NCBI GenBank assembly: GCA_002269645.1
Contig: NIVC01000130.1
Span: 186,001 to 250,000, forward strand
Origin: Macrostomum lignano
Lineage: Eukaryota
Length of the DNA: 64,000 bases
Direction of reading: 5' to 3'
The notes under the pieces were generated by a model. It worked only from the letters and a program-made list of their open reading frames with translations, ran no database searches and was not told where the DNA came from. The position numbers and the translations under genes were made by a program. Shown piece after piece: positions 60,234 through 64,000 of the stretch (its first letter is position 1; each line of letters begins with the position of its first letter).

Positions 60234-63014
60234 ATGGAATACGAGAGCGTCCTAAAAGAAATAGGCGGCTTCGGCCGTGTACAGAAAGCAATATTTCTAG
60301 CATTGTCGTTTACCTCCTTCAAAGCGGTGCTGGACCTAGAGCTGATGGTGCTAACTCTGCACGAATCGAAGTTTCGATGCGCCCAACAAAATAGCTCCGA
60401 TTATGTGGCGCAAAACTATAGCGAGCACTGCAGAATATCCAGATTGGTTGGAGACGACACCAACTTCACGCTGATTAACGAGACTTGCACTAAATTTGAC
60501 TACCAACACGGCGATGTAATCAGCAAATCGATGGTAGAGGAGTACAATTTAGTCTGCGACAGGAAGCACTACGCCACAGGCATGATGTCGGTGTTCTTTC
60601 TCGGCTGCGCTCTCGGCATGCTGTTTGGCACGCTTGGTGACAAGATTGGCCGAAAGAAGATTTTGATCGTGTGCGGCGTGACAGACTTGATAACCACAAT
60701 TTTGCCAGCCTATATGCCAACAGCGGAGACGCAGATATTTGCACGCTTTTTAAAGGGTGAGTTCTACTCTTGTAGCGATCAACTTTCAAGATTTACATTC
60801 TCGTCGTTTCCTTGAATAAGCTATGTAGCTCTCACCCTAACTTAACACAGAGCACACAGTTGCTATCTTTTCTGACCTGTCAATGAGCAACTTCTGAAAT
60901 GTAATCCAACTCATGTACAACGCTCAGGCACCATGTCAGAAAATTCCCACCAACCCATTGATTTAAGGCTTTCCAGCCGCCGTCTATTATCAAGGCCTAC
61001 TTATCATGGAGGAGATGACAGAAGAGAAACATCGAGCCGTGTTGGGTAACCTTTACTGGCTATTCTGGTGTGTAGGCTACATGTTCAGCGGAGTGGTGGT
61101 GTACATCTTCAAGGAGTGGGACAAGATTCAACTATTTTCAACTGTATTCTGCCTTAACTACATAGTTATCTTCATAGTTGTGCCAGAATCGCCCAGATGG
61201 TTGGTGCTGAAGGGTCGCGTCGAAGAGGCTGTCGACGTATTGAAGCGCATCGCCAAGTGGAACGGAATCAAGTGGGAGCACAAGGTGTCCAAAGTCAAGG
61301 TGAGTTTCACTTCTCTATAGCATTTCTTTCAGGTCTGGATTTGGATCTTTATCGACAACTAATCACCAATCCGACTATCAGGCCCTAGATGTGGAGGAAG
61401 AACCAACAGGAAACATCCTGGACCTCGTAACCTACCCCGAGATGCGAATGAAGTCCATTGTTATCTTCTTCAATCTGGCAATGTTTGCCATGTGCTACTT
61501 TGGTTTGTCCACCGATACGACCTTCATCACAACCAACATAGTGCTCAACGTGCTGCTCAATGGCGCCGTAGAAATACCAAGCTCATTTATTGGCTGGCTT
61601 GGCAGCGATCGATATGGTAGAAAGTACACCACAGTTATTATCACGGTGCTAAGCGGCTTCTGTCTGATTGCTGTACCAATAGTGCCGACTGGAGGCGTTT
61701 ATAATATTGTTAAAGCGGTCGTGGCTATGGTTGGTGAGTTATTTCGATGTTAGGGGCAACCTCAGATACTCGAGTGCTGGGGATGAAAACTCTACGAGGC
61801 CTGGATTCGACAAACGAAATGAACTTTAAAGTGCACTTTGTAGCACGTACTTTGTCAACCTTTTTTTCTGTGCTCGCCTAAAATCTGTTAGATAATAGTC
61901 TACTATAGGGTGATTAGTCTCAATTTTCTTTTCGTCTTCCGTCCGTCTGAACCACAGAACTAGAATAACTAGATGGGCCACTCAGCACATTTGCGTGCAA
62001 ACTACTTGCAAATCAGTAGTAAGTTACACAGAAGCGTTTTAATGTATTTTTAAAGCCAAGGCTCATTTTTCGGCTCTTACCCCTTAGCTTAAACACTTCA
62101 ACAGTGCCTTTCCACACAACCCCCCTTTCCTTTTTGCCTTGGAATTCCAGCCTAAAGCATTCCAACCATTTCTTTATTTTAATTATAAAATAGCTTATAC
62201 ATTCTTCATTGCTACTGAACTGAAAGTAGAAAGCTATTTTACTAACTACGAGTATATATGCCTGAGTGGCCCATCTAGCTATTCTATTATCTGTGGTCTT
62301 AATCAAAGTAGAACATTTTTAGTAATCCTTGAACTATTGAACAATTATTATGTTTAATTCATGCAAGTACGACCAAAAATACGTGACGGCATGGAGACGA
62401 AATATTTAGGAAGCGAAAGTTTCATATGTACTTTGAAGAGCCGGTATACGAGCGCAACACGCTTCGAATCAATGGTGACTACTGATTGGTCTCAACCTCT
62501 TAAAAACTAATTATTTTTAATAGCCTTAAAAATGATTACCCTGTCAGATATTCGAACTAATTCGCCATCGCAATTTTCAATTTTGAAACCAGGCAAATGC
62601 CTTCTTACAACTGGTTATTGCATCGCCGACGTATGGGCCGCCGAAATATTTCCAACATCGGTGCGCAACAATGGCCTGTTTTTAGCGACCACCTTGGCTA
62701 TGCTGAGCAATATAGTGGCTCCGGTTATTAATACTCTATCGGACGTTGCCACGTTCCTTCCTGGATTAATTTTCGGCATAACTAGCATAGTGAGCGCTTT
62801 GTCGTTGCTACTCCTGCCAGAGACAAAAGGCCTACCGCTGCCGGAGACTGTGCCGAGCTCCGAGGGGCTTGTCCGTGGCCGGGAACGACAATGGGCAATT
62901 GAAACGTTCAGCAGGGAACGAGCGCAGAGTCTGCTTGACGACGACGACATGGAGGCTGTTAACAGTCAGCGCACTATAAAGCAGAAGCCAATGGAGGAGA
63001 CGACGATTGCATAG
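60234..63014 (+). CDS. SLC22: SLC22 / Orct-like organic cation transporter (MFS), 4 exons, about 542 aa
   Basis: Exons 60234-60756, 60968-61299, 61382-61733, 62593-63014. Motifs: LKEIGGFGRVQ, YNLVCDR, DKIGRK, VPESPRWL, DRYGRK, EIFPTSVRNNG, LPETKGLPLPET. Confidence 0.93.
61951..62297. mobile_element. TIR element (MITE family B), copy in SLC22 intron 3
   Basis: Perfect 17-bp inverted repeat CTAGATGGGCCACTCAG (61969-61985 / 62262-62278), extending imperfectly to ACCACAGA / TCTGTGGT. Homologous to 16677-17110. Confidence 0.7.
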
Positions 63015-63104
63015 TATAGCGGTTTCTTCTGAAAACTTGGAAGGATTAAAGCTGATGGGATCCACTCTGAGCTTCAGATTTGCGTATCTTAATCTAGATT
63101 CTAG

Positions 63105-63640
63105 AATGTCAATCCCGATCCCAAAGACAGCCAGTCCCGATCCCAGACAGCCAATCCCGATCCTAGAGACAGTCAATCCCGATCCCAAGGCAGCCAATCC
63201 CGATCCTAGAGACAGTCAATCCCGATCCCAAGACAGCCAATCTCGATACCAAAGACAGTCAATCCCGATCCTAGAGACAGTCAATCCCGATCCCAAGGCA
63301 GCCAATCTCGATACCAAAGACAGCCAATCCCGATCCTAGAGACAGTCAATCCCGATCCCAAGGCAGCCAATCTCGATACCAAAGACAGTCAATCCCGATC
63401 CTAGAGACAGTCAATCCCGATCCCAAGACAGCCAATCCCGATCCCAAAGACATCCAATCTCGATACCAAAGACAGTCAATCCCGATCCCAAAGACAGCCA
63501 ATCCCGATCCTAGAGACAGCCAATCCCGATCCCAAAGACAGCCAGTCCCGATCCTAGAGACAGCCAATCCCGATCCTAGAGACAGACAATCCCGATCCTA
63601 GAGACAGCCAATCCCGATCCTAGAGACAGACAATCCCAAG
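63105..63640. repeat. Minisatellite, ~22-bp unit AATCCCGATCCCAAAGACAGCC, 3' of SLC22
   Basis: Tandem copies. Confidence 0.9.
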
Positions 63641-64000
63641 CTATGTGCTTTTTAACTCTAAAAATGTTTCCTAAAAAATCATTAAAAGCAAAAATGTCTG
63701 ATGACAAAAGTAAATCTACATTCATTAAATAGTTTGATTTAATTGAAGCATATACCATTGAGTACAAATAGTGCTTTTTTATTATAGGTGCAATAGTAAT
63801 GTTAACATAAAATATAACATGTTTACACAACATAAGAATTGTATTGAATGGTACCATTAAAGAATTCTGAAATACATGTAATAGCATTATAATAACAATT
63901 TTCTGAAAAATTGACTTCTCAATTTTTTGTGTTAACTAGATAATTTAAAGCCAATAACTACTAGTATGGTTACCTCAAAAAAGCTATTTAGAAATAACAG

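Noticed and set aside
28960-63014. Idea of a functional lipophilic-ligand cluster (RAR, prenyltransferase, OSTalpha-like, SLC22)
   Set aside because: PGGT1B and TMEM184C are housekeeping-type genes; nothing in the sequence links them beyond adjacency.

Overview
Eukaryotic (animal) genomic DNA. It looks most like a free-living flatworm such as Macrostomum: GC-rich, polyQ/polyA-rich exons, introns packed with minisatellites, and an NPF gene. The taxon is inferred, not proven. Eight spliced protein-coding genes were reconstructed by hand from GT-AG boundaries and reading-frame continuity: (1) the 3' part of a CUPID-domain (FRMD4/CCDC120/INAVA-like) gene (+); (2) a divergent bestrophin (+); (3) an NPY/NPF neuropeptide precursor (+); (4) a complete retinoic acid receptor (RAR/NR1B)-type nuclear receptor (-); (5) GGTase-I beta, PGGT1B (-); (6) an MS4A/CD20-like four-pass membrane protein (-); (7) TMEM184C (-); (8) an SLC22 organic cation transporter (+). 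About 40 tandem arrays fill the introns and intergenic space. There is one hAT-like MITE with TIRs and an 8-bp TSD, and two copies of a second TIR element. Most long ORFs in the track are repeat artefacts. Top leads: an RAR orthologue in a probable flatworm whose ligand pocket appears to lack the carboxylate-anchoring Arg; a bestrophin with a charge-neutralised Ca2+ clasp and an Arg at the aperture; an NPF ending in RQRF-amide with a perfect RFX X-box in exon 1. All residue alignments were done by eye against remembered reference sequences and need computational confirmation.
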